The position numbers and the translations under genes are program-made. Below are positions 18,953-27,061 of a stretch of 27,061 nt of DNA, one piece after another. The number at the start of each line of letters is the position of its first letter. Position 1 is the stretch's first letter. The notes under the pieces are model-generated. The model saw nothing but the letters and a program-made list of their open reading frames with translations. It did not search any database and had not been told where the DNA came from. Origin of the DNA: Alphaproteobacteria bacterium (GTDB lineage Bacteria; Pseudomonadota; Alphaproteobacteria; Micropepsales; Micropepsaceae); the NCBI GenBank assembly GCA_003246795.1, contig QKCS01000216.1, positions 1-27,061 of the forward strand, written 5' to 3'.

Positions 18953-19420
18953 TTAAGGCTGGTTAAGAGGTTTCCGCATCACGAGAGCATCGCCGCTTTC
19001 CGCACCATGTCGATAGTACGCCGAACGCCGCCCCACGACGGAAAAACCGTCACGCTCGTAAAGTTTGCGGGCGACCTCGTTCCGCTCTCCGACTTCGAGA
19101 AAGATCTGGTGCGCGCCATCGGTCCGCGCCAGATCGCAGGCAGCCGCCAACAATCCGCCGCCGAGACCGGACTGCCGAGCATCCTGCGAAACGCAGAACG
19201 TCAGCACCTCCGCATCGTCGACCACGACCTGCATCATGATGAACCCCAAGAGGGCGTCGTCCGCGTCGCCAACGGCAAGCAGCGCAAAGACGCCGTCGCG
19301 TGCGAGCAACGCTGCGATCGCCGCTTCCGGCCAGGCGTCGGGAAATGCCGACGCGTGCAGTGTCGCCATCGTCCCCGCCGCATCGGGCCCACCGCGGATG
19401 ATCCGAAAAGTTTGCCTCAT
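18953..19420 (-). CDS. rimI: RimI-like GNAT N-acetyltransferase
   Basis: Last 155 aa of ORF 18953..20164: EVLTFCV...RQSGLG, IFLEVGERN, LYERDGF...GRRSAYY, DALVM. ATGA overlap with tsaB. Confidence 0.88.
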   Translation of the reverse strand: MRQTFRIIRGGPDAAGTMATLHASAFPDAWPEAAIAALLARDGVFALLAVGDADDALLGFIMMQVVVDDAEVLTFCVSQDARQSGLGGGLLAAACDLARTDGAHQIFLEVGERNEVARKLYERDGFSVVGRRSAYYRHGAESGDALVMRKPLNQP

Positions 19421-20085
19421 GACGGAAGCTTGGCGTCCGGTGCACGCAGATATGCCGGCGTCGCCGGATAGCGTGCGGGATCCGCCTTCGCCGCGCGCTG
19501 CGCCAACAGCTTCGTGTCGATGCGCCGGACGTCCACGGTCGCCACGTCGCGCTCCATCAGACCGGCGACGACTGTCGCGCCGGAACCGGTCAGAGCCGCC
19601 GGTTCGGGAAGCATCCGTTCGAAGAGCGCCGCCGCGTCGCCAACCAGCAAGACGGCAGCCGTGGACAACGGCTCGACCATCGAATCGAACGCCTGAGCGT
19701 AGAGTTCGCCGCGCTTGGCATCGATCGCCGCCCCAACGCTGCGCCCCGGCTCGGCGCGCACCGCCTGCGCCGCAAGACATTCGAGCGTGGTCACGCCCAA
19801 GATCGCCGCGCCTGTCGCAAGCCGGATGCCTTTCGCAAACGCAAGTCCGACGCGTACGCCCGTGAAGGCGCCCGGACCGACAGTGACCGCGATACGGTCG
19901 AGCTGTTGAAACGTGATCCGGGCCGACGCGAACATGTCCGCGACCAGCGGCGGCAACGTTTCCGCCTGTGTTCCCGGTGGGTTGTCGGCTTCGGCACTCG
20001 CGATCACGTCGCCATCCCGCGTCGCAAGCGCTGCGCCGACCGGACCGAACGAAGTGTCGATCGCAAGAACCAGACGATCGTTCAT
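19417..20085 (-). CDS. tsaB: t6A37 biosynthesis protein TsaB (YeaZ)
   Basis: VLAIDTS, IAVTVGPGAFTGVRVG, IDAKRGELY, PAYLR. Confidence 0.93.
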   Translation of the reverse strand: MNDRLVLAIDTSFGPVGAALATRDGDVIASAEADNPPGTQAETLPPLVADMFASARITFQQLDRIAVTVGPGAFTGVRVGLAFAKGIRLATGAAILGVTTLECLAAQAVRAEPGRSVGAAIDAKRGELYAQAFDSMVEPLSTAAVLLVGDAAALFERMLPEPAALTGSGATVVAGLMERDVATVDVRRIDTKLLAQRAAKADPARYPATPAYLRAPDAKLPS

Positions 20086-20672
20086 ACGATCTGGCAGGCC
20101 TCGTCGAATGCAAGGCGCGGCGAGCGCGGAAACACGCCGCTAGGATCGCCATAGCCCAGACCACAAATGAAATTCGACTTCACGCTCGAGTTCGGAAAGA
20201 ACTCTTGATCCACGCCCGCATTGTTGAAGCCCGACATCGGCCCGCAGTCGAGCCCGACGGCGCGCGCGGCCATGATCAAATATGCGCCCTGCAGCGTCCC
20301 GTTGCGAAACGCCGTCGTCTCGATGAGTTTGTCGTTGCCGACGAACCAGCTGCGCGCGTCGGCGTGCGGAAAGAGCTGCGGCAGCTTTTCGTAAAACTTG
20401 TAGTCCGTGCCGATGATGACGGTGACCGGCGCGGTCATGACCTTGTTGACGTTTCCAGGCGCCAAATGAGGCTCCAAGCGCTCGCGGCCTTCCGGCGTCG
20501 AAACGAAGACAAAGCGCGACGGCGAACAATTGGCGCTCGTCGGACCCATCCGAAGCAGATCGTAGAGCGCATGCAGCAGCGTCGGCGAAACCGGCCGGTC
20601 CTGCCACTTGTTTTGCGATCGCGCCGAGCGGAACAGCTGATCGAGAGCTTCGTCGGAAATGGCGTGATGCAC
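20082..20672 (-). CDS. rutE: RutE/YcdI-like nitroreductase-family protein (putative malonic semialdehyde reductase)
   Basis: LDQLFRSARSQNKW, GPTSANCSP, FRNGTLQGAYLIMAARAVGLDCGPMSGF, NFICGLGYGD, RSPRLAF. GTG 20672 with GAGG upstream; 196 aa. The symbol denotes the family, not proven orthology. Confidence 0.88.
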   Translation of the reverse strand: MHHAISDEALDQLFRSARSQNKWQDRPVSPTLLHALYDLLRMGPTSANCSPSRFVFVSTPEGRERLEPHLAPGNVNKVMTAPVTVIIGTDYKFYEKLPQLFPHADARSWFVGNDKLIETTAFRNGTLQGAYLIMAARAVGLDCGPMSGFNNAGVDQEFFPNSSVKSNFICGLGYGDPSGVFPRSPRLAFDEACQIV

Positions 20673-20752
20673 GTGGGAGCCCCTCGTTCTTGTCCGAACG
20701 CGTCCGCTTGTAGCAAGACCCGCGCGGCGCGGGGAAGCCCGCGTGGAAACGT

Positions 20753-21319
20753 CTAGGCAGACACGGCTTCGACCGTGTTCACCTCGGGAATGTAGTGGCG
20801 CAGCATGTTTTCGATGCCGTTCTTGAGCGTCATCGTCGAAGACGGGCATCCGGCGCACGCGCCGCGCAAGTTGAGGAACACGGTGCCCGACTTGCTCTCG
20901 AAGCCTCGGAACACGATATCGCCGCCGTCCTGCGCGACCGCAGGGCGAATGCGCGTGTCGAGCAATTCCTTGATCTGATCGACGATCTCCTCGTCTGCCG
21001 GATCGTATTCTTCCCGCGGCGCCTCGACCGCGGTCTCGCCCTCTATGACAGGCAAGCCTTGGGTAAAGTGCTCCATGATCGCACCCAGGATCATCGGCTT
21101 GAGCTGCGGCCAATCGGCGCCATTCTTCGTCACCGTGATGAAATCTTCGCCGAACATCACGCCGGCGACGCCATCGATCTCGAACAAACGCTGGGCCAAG
21201 GGCGACTTCGCCGCGGACGTGCGCGTCGGGAAGTCGGCGGCGCCCTCGGCCAGCACGGGCCGCCCGGGCAGGAACTTCATGGTCGCCGGATTGGGCGTCG
21301 ATTCCGTTTGGATGAACAT
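20753..21319 (-). CDS. nfuA: NfuA/NifU-family Fe-S carrier (NFU N-terminal domain plus NifU-C)
   Basis: MFIQTESTPNPATMKFLPG, IRPAVAQDGGDI, LRGACAGCPSSTMTLKNGIE. Confidence 0.93.
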   Translation of the reverse strand: MFIQTESTPNPATMKFLPGRPVLAEGAADFPTRTSAAKSPLAQRLFEIDGVAGVMFGEDFITVTKNGADWPQLKPMILGAIMEHFTQGLPVIEGETAVEAPREEYDPADEEIVDQIKELLDTRIRPAVAQDGGDIVFRGFESKSGTVFLNLRGACAGCPSSTMTLKNGIENMLRHYIPEVNTVEAVSA

Positions 21320-21358
21320 GGGCTGCGCCTGTAGTTAGAAGAGCTTCTCAAGGTACAT

Positions 21359-22567
21359 TTGGCGGTCGTGAGCGAAAGTCAAGGCAAGCTCAAGCTCGGC
21401 GCACTGGGCGGCTCGGCCGCGGCGCATTTCCTGGCGGATCATCGAGGCGAAGGCCTGACGATCGAGGCGATTCTCGACGGCATGGCCACGCGCGCGATTA
21501 ACGATGGCATACCCCTACTTCGCGTGTCGATAAGCCTGTCCGACTATCGCCCGGACGTGATCGGCCGTTCGTACGCCTGGATGCGAGATCACGGCATCGA
21601 AATCGTCGACCGCGCCTACACGCCAAAGCGCAGCGAAACCTACGTCGAGAGTCCGATCAAAATCATCCACGACGGCGCCGACGCTTTGCGCCGTAGCCTT
21701 GAAGGTCCCGACGCACAACTCGACTTCGCGGTGACGCGTGAACTCGCGGAGAAGGGCGCGACGGACTACGTCGGCATGGCGATGGACTTCTCCGACGGCA
21801 CGCGCCAATTCGTGTCGTGGGCGACGGACCGGCCGGGCGGCTTTTCGACCGACGAGATCACGTTCTTTGATCTACTTCTGCCGCTCATGTGCATGCGCCT
21901 CGAACTCGCGCATGCGCGCCGCATCACCGAACAGCTGCTCACGACCTATCTGGGCAACGATGCGACGCGGCGCATCATGTCGGGCGACATCCGCCGCCTG
22001 CCGGGCGAGGACATCGCCGCGGTCATCTTCTATTGCGACCTTCGCGGCTTCACGCGTCTGACCGAGCGCCTGCCGCCGACCGAAGTCATCGCGCTCTTGG
22101 GCGAATACTACGACGCAGTCGCGGGCGCCGTGCGCCTGCACGGCGGCGACGTCATCAAGATGATCGGCGACGGCATGATCGCGATCTTCCCCATCGCACC
22201 CGGCATCGACGTCGGTCGGGCGGCCCGCGAAGCGCTGGACGCCGCACGCGAAGCCCGGGCGGCCTTGGCTGCCGTACCGCCCGAACGCCTTCCCAAAGGC
22301 GTGCCGCCTCTGCTCGCCGGGTTCGTTTTGCATGTCGGCCAGGTCACCTTCGGCAACATCGGCAGCCGGGACCGCCTCGACTTCACCGTCATCGGCCCCG
22401 CCGTGAACGAAGTCGCGCGGATCGAACCCCTGACGAAGGTGCTGGGTCACGCGCTTCTGTTGACGGCGGCGTTCGCCCAACTGCCGTCGGACATCGAAAC
22501 GCGTTCGCTCGGCTTCCACGTGCTACGCGGCGTCCGCGAACCCCGCGAGATCTTCACGCCGGCCTAG
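21359..22567 (+). CDS. Soluble class III adenylate cyclase with an N-terminal GAF-like region
   Basis: FYCDLRGFT, IKMIGDG, LHVGQVTFGNIG, RLDFTVIGPAVNEVAR. Start is TTG 21359 or GTG 21368. Confidence 0.9.
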   Translation: MAVVSESQGKLKLGALGGSAAAHFLADHRGEGLTIEAILDGMATRAINDGIPLLRVSISLSDYRPDVIGRSYAWMRDHGIEIVDRAYTPKRSETYVESPIKIIHDGADALRRSLEGPDAQLDFAVTRELAEKGATDYVGMAMDFSDGTRQFVSWATDRPGGFSTDEITFFDLLLPLMCMRLELAHARRITEQLLTTYLGNDATRRIMSGDIRRLPGEDIAAVIFYCDLRGFTRLTERLPPTEVIALLGEYYDAVAGAVRLHGGDVIKMIGDGMIAIFPIAPGIDVGRAAREALDAAREARAALAAVPPERLPKGVPPLLAGFVLHVGQVTFGNIGSRDRLDFTVIGPAVNEVARIEPLTKVLGHALLLTAAFAQLPSDIETRSLGFHVLRGVREPREIFTPA

Positions 22568-23073
22568 GCAAGCCCGTCGATCGCCTCGTCGCTCAAATGG
22601 CCGGGCACGATCGTCACTGGAATGGGATAGGCCTGCTGCGCCTGCTGAGCGACAAGCGACACCAGAGGTCCCGGCCCCTCGCGCGCCGTTCCCGACGCCA
22701 GCACCAGGATCGAGATGTCGGGATCTTCCGTGAGCAGGTCCATCAGCACGTCGCGCGACTTTCCTTCACGGATGACGATTTCGGGAAAGAGGCCCGAAAG
22801 GTGGTTCACCTCCCGCGCCGCCTCGTAGAGCATCTTCTCCGATTCCTGCATCGCCTCTTCGCGCATCGCGTCTTCGACCGAACGCCAATGCTGAAAATCG
22901 GCGGGCGAAACGACGGTCAGCAGTGTGACGAGACCGCCCGTGTGCTCCGCGCGCCGCGCCGCATAGCGCAGCGCCTTCCGATGTTCGGGCGACTTGTCGA
23001 CGACGACAAGAAACTTGCGCCGCCGCGGCGCCTCGCTCTCGCTCGTGGGTCCTGCTTCGGACATGGCTGTCAC
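22564..23073 (-). CDS. Universal stress protein (UspA family)
   Basis: KFLVVVDKSPEHRKALRYA, ILVLASG, GPGPLV, PIPVTIVP. Start is GTG 23073 or ATG 23064. Confidence 0.88.
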   Translation of the reverse strand: MTAMSEAGPTSESEAPRRRKFLVVVDKSPEHRKALRYAARRAEHTGGLVTLLTVVSPADFQHWRSVEDAMREEAMQESEKMLYEAAREVNHLSGLFPEIVIREGKSRDVLMDLLTEDPDISILVLASGTAREGPGPLVSLVAQQAQQAYPIPVTIVPGHLSDEAIDGLA

Positions 23074-23095
23074 GATGACACGTCGCCGCCGTCCG

Positions 23096-24109
23096 TCAAC
23101 CCACGAAGCCGACGACGCGCCGCACGTCCGCGATCACGGGCGCGGCAAGCGCGCGCGCTTCTTCCGCGCCTTTGTGCAGAAGCCGGTCGATCTCCGCCGG
23201 ATCGGCGAGCAGCCGCCGCATCTCCGCCGCGATCGGCGAAAGCTTCGAAACGACGAGCTCCGAAAGCGCGCCCTTGAACGCCGAGAACTGCGCCCCGCGA
23301 AACCCGTCGAGCACCGCCTGTTTCGGCTGTTCCGAAAACGCGGCGTAGATCGAGATCAGGTTGTCGGCTTCGGGCCTGCCTTCGAGTTCTTTTTCCGCTT
23401 CCGGCAAAGGATGCGGATCCGTCTTGGCCTTGCGGAACTTCTGCGCGATCGCATCGGCGTCGTCGGTCAGATTGATGCGCGAGTAGTCCGACGGATCGGA
23501 CTTCGACATCTTCGCGGTCCCATCGCGCAAGCTCATGATGCGCATCCCGGGCCCCTGGATGATCGGTTCCGGAAGCGGGAAGAAATCGGCCACGCCGAAG
23601 TCATTGTTGAACTTTTGCGCGATGTCGCGCGCGAGCTCGACATGCTGCTTCTGGTCGTCGCCGACCGGCACATGCGTCGCCCGATAGGCCAGGATGTCCG
23701 CCGCCATCAGAACGGGATAGGCGTAAAGGCCGACGCTCATCGCCTCGCGATTCTTGCCGGCCTTGTCCTTGAATTGGGTCATGCGGTTCAGCCAGCCGAT
23801 GCGCGCCACGCAGTTGAGCACCCATGCGAGTTCCGCGTGGGCGGCGACCTGGGACTGATTGAAGATGATCGACCGCTTCGGATCGACGCCGCTCGCCATG
23901 TAGGCGGCCGCCACCTCGCGCGTCGCTTGCGCCAAGCTCTTCGGGTCGTGATCGACCGTCAGCGCGTGCATGTCGACGACGCAATAAATGCAGCGGTACT
24001 GATCCTGGAGCTTGAGCCAGTTGCGGATCGCCCCGAGGTAGTTGCCGAGATGCAGGTTCCCCGTGGGCTGCATCCCTGAGAACACCAATGAATTGTGCGA
24101 TCCGCTCAT
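23096..24109 (-). CDS. trpS: Tryptophan--tRNA ligase
   Basis: [42 protein letters not shown]. Confidence 0.98.
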   Translation of the reverse strand: MSGSHNSLVFSGMQPTGNLHLGNYLGAIRNWLKLQDQYRCIYCVVDMHALTVDHDPKSLAQATREVAAAYMASGVDPKRSIIFNQSQVAAHAELAWVLNCVARIGWLNRMTQFKDKAGKNREAMSVGLYAYPVLMAADILAYRATHVPVGDDQKQHVELARDIAQKFNNDFGVADFFPLPEPIIQGPGMRIMSLRDGTAKMSKSDPSDYSRINLTDDADAIAQKFRKAKTDPHPLPEAEKELEGRPEADNLISIYAAFSEQPKQAVLDGFRGAQFSAFKGALSELVVSKLSPIAAEMRRLLADPAEIDRLLHKGAEEARALAAPVIADVRRVVGFVG

Positions 24110-24156
24110 GAGGTTAACGTCCGAGTCGAAAAAGGCCCGGCGTTATGCGCCAGAGG

Positions 24157-24174
24157 AGCACTTGCCCGCAAGTG
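24157..24174. other. Hairpin in the glnD-trpS spacer
   Basis: GCACTTG-N4-CAAGTGC with no adjacent U-tract. On the minus strand it overlaps TTGCGG-N18-CATAAC, a possible trpS promoter. Confidence 0.35.
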
Positions 24175-24184
24175 CGCCGGTGCA

Positions 24185-26986
24185 TCAGCCCGTCTGCTTG
24201 GCCGCACGTTTCCGGCGGGGCACCCGCACGCTTCCGTCGCCGAGGGCCTCGCGCACCTTCTTTCGAATGTCGTCGAGCCGTTGGGCGTGCGTGATCTTCA
24301 GCCCGAACCCGTCTTTCACGTAGAACACGTCGACCGCCCGCTCGCCGTACGTCGCAATCTGCGCCGAGTGAATCGTCAGCCCCGCCGCGAACAACGCCCG
24401 CGTCAGGTCGTGCAGCAAGCCCGGCCGGTCCCGTCCGTTCACCTCGATGACGGTGTAGGTGTCGGACGCGCTGTTGTCGACGAGCACGCGAGGCTCGACG
24501 CGAAACGCCGCTTCGCGGCGGCGAACTTGGCGCGCATCGATCACCTTGCGCGGCACGACTTGCCCCGTCAGAACGCGCTTGATCGTGTCGCGCAACCGCT
24601 CGATCCGCCGCGCATCGGTCAGCGACTTGCCGCCCGTGTCCTGAATCGAGAACAAGTCGAGCGCCATGCCGTCCGTCGTCGTGAAAATCTTCGCGTCCAC
24701 GATCGTCGCCCCGCACATCGCGACCGCGCCGGCGAGTTGCGAGAAGAGACCGGGATGGTCGCCGGTATAAATCGACACCTCCGTCACCGACCGGAACGTG
24801 TCGGTCTTGGACGACAGATTAAGCCGCTCATGCGCTTCGTCGGCCGCGCGCGCCTGGCGCGCTTGCGCCTCGTGCGTGTCGGTGTCGAGCGCGAGCCAGT
24901 AGGGGTCGTAGTGCCGCGCGAGAGCGCGCTGGCGCGCCTCCTCCGGCCAGTCGGCGAGCCGCGCTTCGAGCGCGCGCTTGGCCTCGGCCACCAGTTGCGG
25001 CCGTGCCGTCGCGCCGAACCCGCCCGACATCTGGGCCTCGGCTTCGAAGTAGAGCTGCCGCAACAACTGACCCTTCCAGCCGTTCCACACACCCGGCCCG
25101 ACCGCGCGGATGTCGGCTACGGTGAGGCACAACAGCAGACGCAAACGTTCCGGCGATTGCACGACGGCGACGAAGTCGCGGATCGTCTTCGGATCGGACA
25201 GATCGCGCTTCTGCGCGACGTCGCTCATCACCAAATGATAGCGCACGAGCCACGCGACGCTTTCGGTCTCGTCCGCCGTCAGACCAAGCCGCGGACACAA
25301 CGCCAGCGCGACCGCCTCGCCTTCCGTCGAATGATCGCCTTTTCGTCCTTTGGCGATGTCGTGCAGGAGGATCGCGACGTACAGCACTTCGCGCGAGAGC
25401 ACCTTGTGGATGATCTCGTGCGCAAGCGGATGCGCATCGCGATAGTCGCCCCGCTCGATCCGCGCCAGATGCCCGATCGCACGGATCAGGTGCTCGTCCA
25501 CCGTGTAGTGATGGTACATGTTGAATTGCATCTTCGCGACGATCCGCCCGAAATCGGGAACGAAGGCGCCGAAGACGCCGGCTTCGTTCATCAGCCTGAG
25601 CGTGCGCTCGGGGTCGCGTCGCGAGCACAGAATTTCGAGAAAGAGCTTGTTCGCTTCCTTGTTCGCGCGAAGGTCGTCGTCGATCAGCCCGATATTCCGC
25701 GTTACGTGCTTCAGCGCATCCGGATGGACGTCCACGCCCTTTTGATCCGCCAAATGAAAGAGGCGCAGGAAATTCACGGGATCGGCGCTCAGGATAACCG
25801 GGCCGTCGATATTCAACCGGTTCTGTTCGATGAAGAACCCGTCCGCATCGATGCGTTTGCGTCCGATCGTCGGAATGATGCGCCCGAACGTCGGCCAAGG
25901 CTTTCTGTGCTGCGCTTCCAATGCCGCACAGAAGATGCGCGTCAGGTCGCCGACGGTCTTGGCCGTCAGGAAGTAGCGCTGCATGAACCGCTCGACGCCG
26001 CGCTCGCGCCCTCGGTCCTCGAACCCCAGACGCTTTGCGAGCTCCATCTGCACGTCGAACGTCAGCCGCTCCTCGGCGCGCCCGGTCTGAAAATGCAGAT
26101 GGCAGCGGACGAGCCACAGGAACTCTTCGGCCTCCGTGAACGCATCGAACTCGTCGGCCGTCAGGAATCCGGCGCCGACCAGTTCCGAAACGTCCTCGAC
26201 TCGGTAGAGATACTTGGCGATCCAAAAGAGCGTGTGCAGATCGCGCAGCCCGCCCTTGCCGTCTTTGATATTGGGCTCGACCAGATAGCGGCTCTCCCCG
26301 GCGCCGGCGTGACGATTGTGCCGTTCCGCGAGCTTGGCCTCCACGAAGTCGCGACCTGATCCGGTTACCACTTCCTTCCAGAAGCGTTCTTTGAGCGTCC
26401 CGAACAGCGCGTCGCGCCCGCAGATGAAGCGTGCTTCAAGAACGGACGTTCGGATCGTGTAGTCCGATCGTGCGCGGCGGATGCACTCGTCGATCGATCG
26501 CGTCGCATGCCCGACCTTGAGGCCGAGGTCCCAAAGAAGGTAGAGCAGGAACTCGACGACACTCTCGCCCCAGGCCGTCTGCTTGTACGGCAGCACGAAC
26601 AGCAGATCGATGTCGGACCCAGGCGCAAGCGCGCCGCGTCCGTACCCGCCGACTGCGACGATGGCGATGTGTTCCGACTCGGTCGGGTTCTGTGCATAGA
26701 ACACGTGCTTGACCGTGAAGTCGTAAAGCACCTGGATCAGCGTGTCCGTCGCGGCCGACAGCATCTGCGCGGTGCCGAGCCCCGTCCCGCCCGACTCGAG
26801 ATGGCGCCGCGCCTCGTCGCGCGCTTGCGCCAAAGCCTGCTTGAAGAGCGGAAGCGTCGCGGCCCTGAGTCGCGCGACATCGGCGCCCTGTTCGCGCGCG
26901 AGCGCCGTCAGCGCATGCCGCAGCGCATCGCCCGGCTTGGCGCCGTCGTCGGGTCCGCCTTGCGGCGCTTCGCGATCCACACCCAT
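24185..26986 (-). CDS. glnD: PII uridylyltransferase / uridylyl-removing enzyme GlnD
   Basis: Nucleotidyltransferase AVGGYGRG...SDIDL, EPNIKDGKGGLRD, HD domain HYTVDEH...LLHDIAKG, two ACT domains. ATG 26986 has AAGGA upstream; TTG 27040 is the alternative. Confidence 0.97.
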   Translation of the reverse strand: MGVDREAPQGGPDDGAKPGDALRHALTALAREQGADVARLRAATLPLFKQALAQARDEARRHLESGGTGLGTAQMLSAATDTLIQVLYDFTVKHVFYAQNPTESEHIAIVAVGGYGRGALAPGSDIDLLFVLPYKQTAWGESVVEFLLYLLWDLGLKVGHATRSIDECIRRARSDYTIRTSVLEARFICGRDALFGTLKERFWKEVVTGSGRDFVEAKLAERHNRHAGAGESRYLVEPNIKDGKGGLRDLHTLFWIAKYLYRVEDVSELVGAGFLTADEFDAFTEAEEFLWLVRCHLHFQTGRAEERLTFDVQMELAKRLGFEDRGRERGVERFMQRYFLTAKTVGDLTRIFCAALEAQHRKPWPTFGRIIPTIGRKRIDADGFFIEQNRLNIDGPVILSADPVNFLRLFHLADQKGVDVHPDALKHVTRNIGLIDDDLRANKEANKLFLEILCSRRDPERTLRLMNEAGVFGAFVPDFGRIVAKMQFNMYHHYTVDEHLIRAIGHLARIERGDYRDAHPLAHEIIHKVLSREVLYVAILLHDIAKGRKGDHSTEGEAVALALCPRLGLTADETESVAWLVRYHLVMSDVAQKRDLSDPKTIRDFVAVVQSPERLRLLLCLTVADIRAVGPGVWNGWKGQLLRQLYFEAEAQMSGGFGATARPQLVAEAKRALEARLADWPEEARQRALARHYDPYWLALDTDTHEAQARQARAADEAHERLNLSSKTDTFRSVTEVSIYTGDHPGLFSQLAGAVAMCGATIVDAKIFTTTDGMALDLFSIQDTGGKSLTDARRIERLRDTIKRVLTGQVVPRKVIDARQVRRREAAFRVEPRVLVDNSASDTYTVIEVNGRDRPGLLHDLTRALFAAGLTIHSAQIATYGERAVDVFYVKDGFGLKITHAQRLDDIRKKVREALGDGSVRVPRRKRAAKQTG

Positions 26987-27061
26987 TCGTCCTTCTTCAG
27001 GCGGAGCCGGCTGCAAATGCGAATCCGAACCCGGTCCCAATCCGCAACGGCGCTACACCCC

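Noticed and set aside
24095-26359. 754-aa plus-strand ORF, and similar long antisense ORFs over nusA, trpS, phoH, lnt and metK
   Set aside because: These mirror the codon structure of well-supported minus-strand genes and show no independent protein features.
27012-27027. sigma54-like GG-N10-GC (CGGATTCGCATTTGCA) upstream of glnD
   Set aside because: The -12 part fits, but the -24 part is a poor match to TGGCAC, and any upstream activator sites would lie outside the window.
1-27061. CRISPR arrays, tRNA/rRNA genes, IS elements
   Set aside because: Coding density is near complete. No spacer shows regularly spaced repeats, a cloverleaf or terminal inverted repeats.

Overview
This is a GC-rich alphaproteobacterial core-chromosome segment, almost all on the minus strand. 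In transcription order it carries glnD, trpS, a universal stress protein, nfuA/nifU, a RutE-like nitroreductase, tsaB, rimI, fur, an olsA-like acyltransferase, miaB, phoH, ybeY, a corC-like gene, lnt, a phrR/praR-like XRE regulator, metK, trmB, rimP, nusA, ylxR, infB, rbfA and truB (truB runs off the left edge). Three inserts break the usual gene order. The first is a divergent pair of citrate-synthase-family genes between infB and rbfA. One carries an N-terminal MerR/excisionase-type HTH and keeps the catalytic His/His/Asp; its partner has Glu at the catalytic Asp. They share an AT-rich repeat/palindrome operator candidate and are flanked by what looks like a decayed sulfotransferase 3' end. 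The second is a class III adenylate cyclase on the plus strand between usp and nfuA. The third is the RutE-like gene coupled to tsaB. The citrate-synthase cassette is the best candidate for an under-described system. I found no CRISPR array, rRNA, tRNA or mobile element. All assignments come from motif recognition by eye; no database searches were run.
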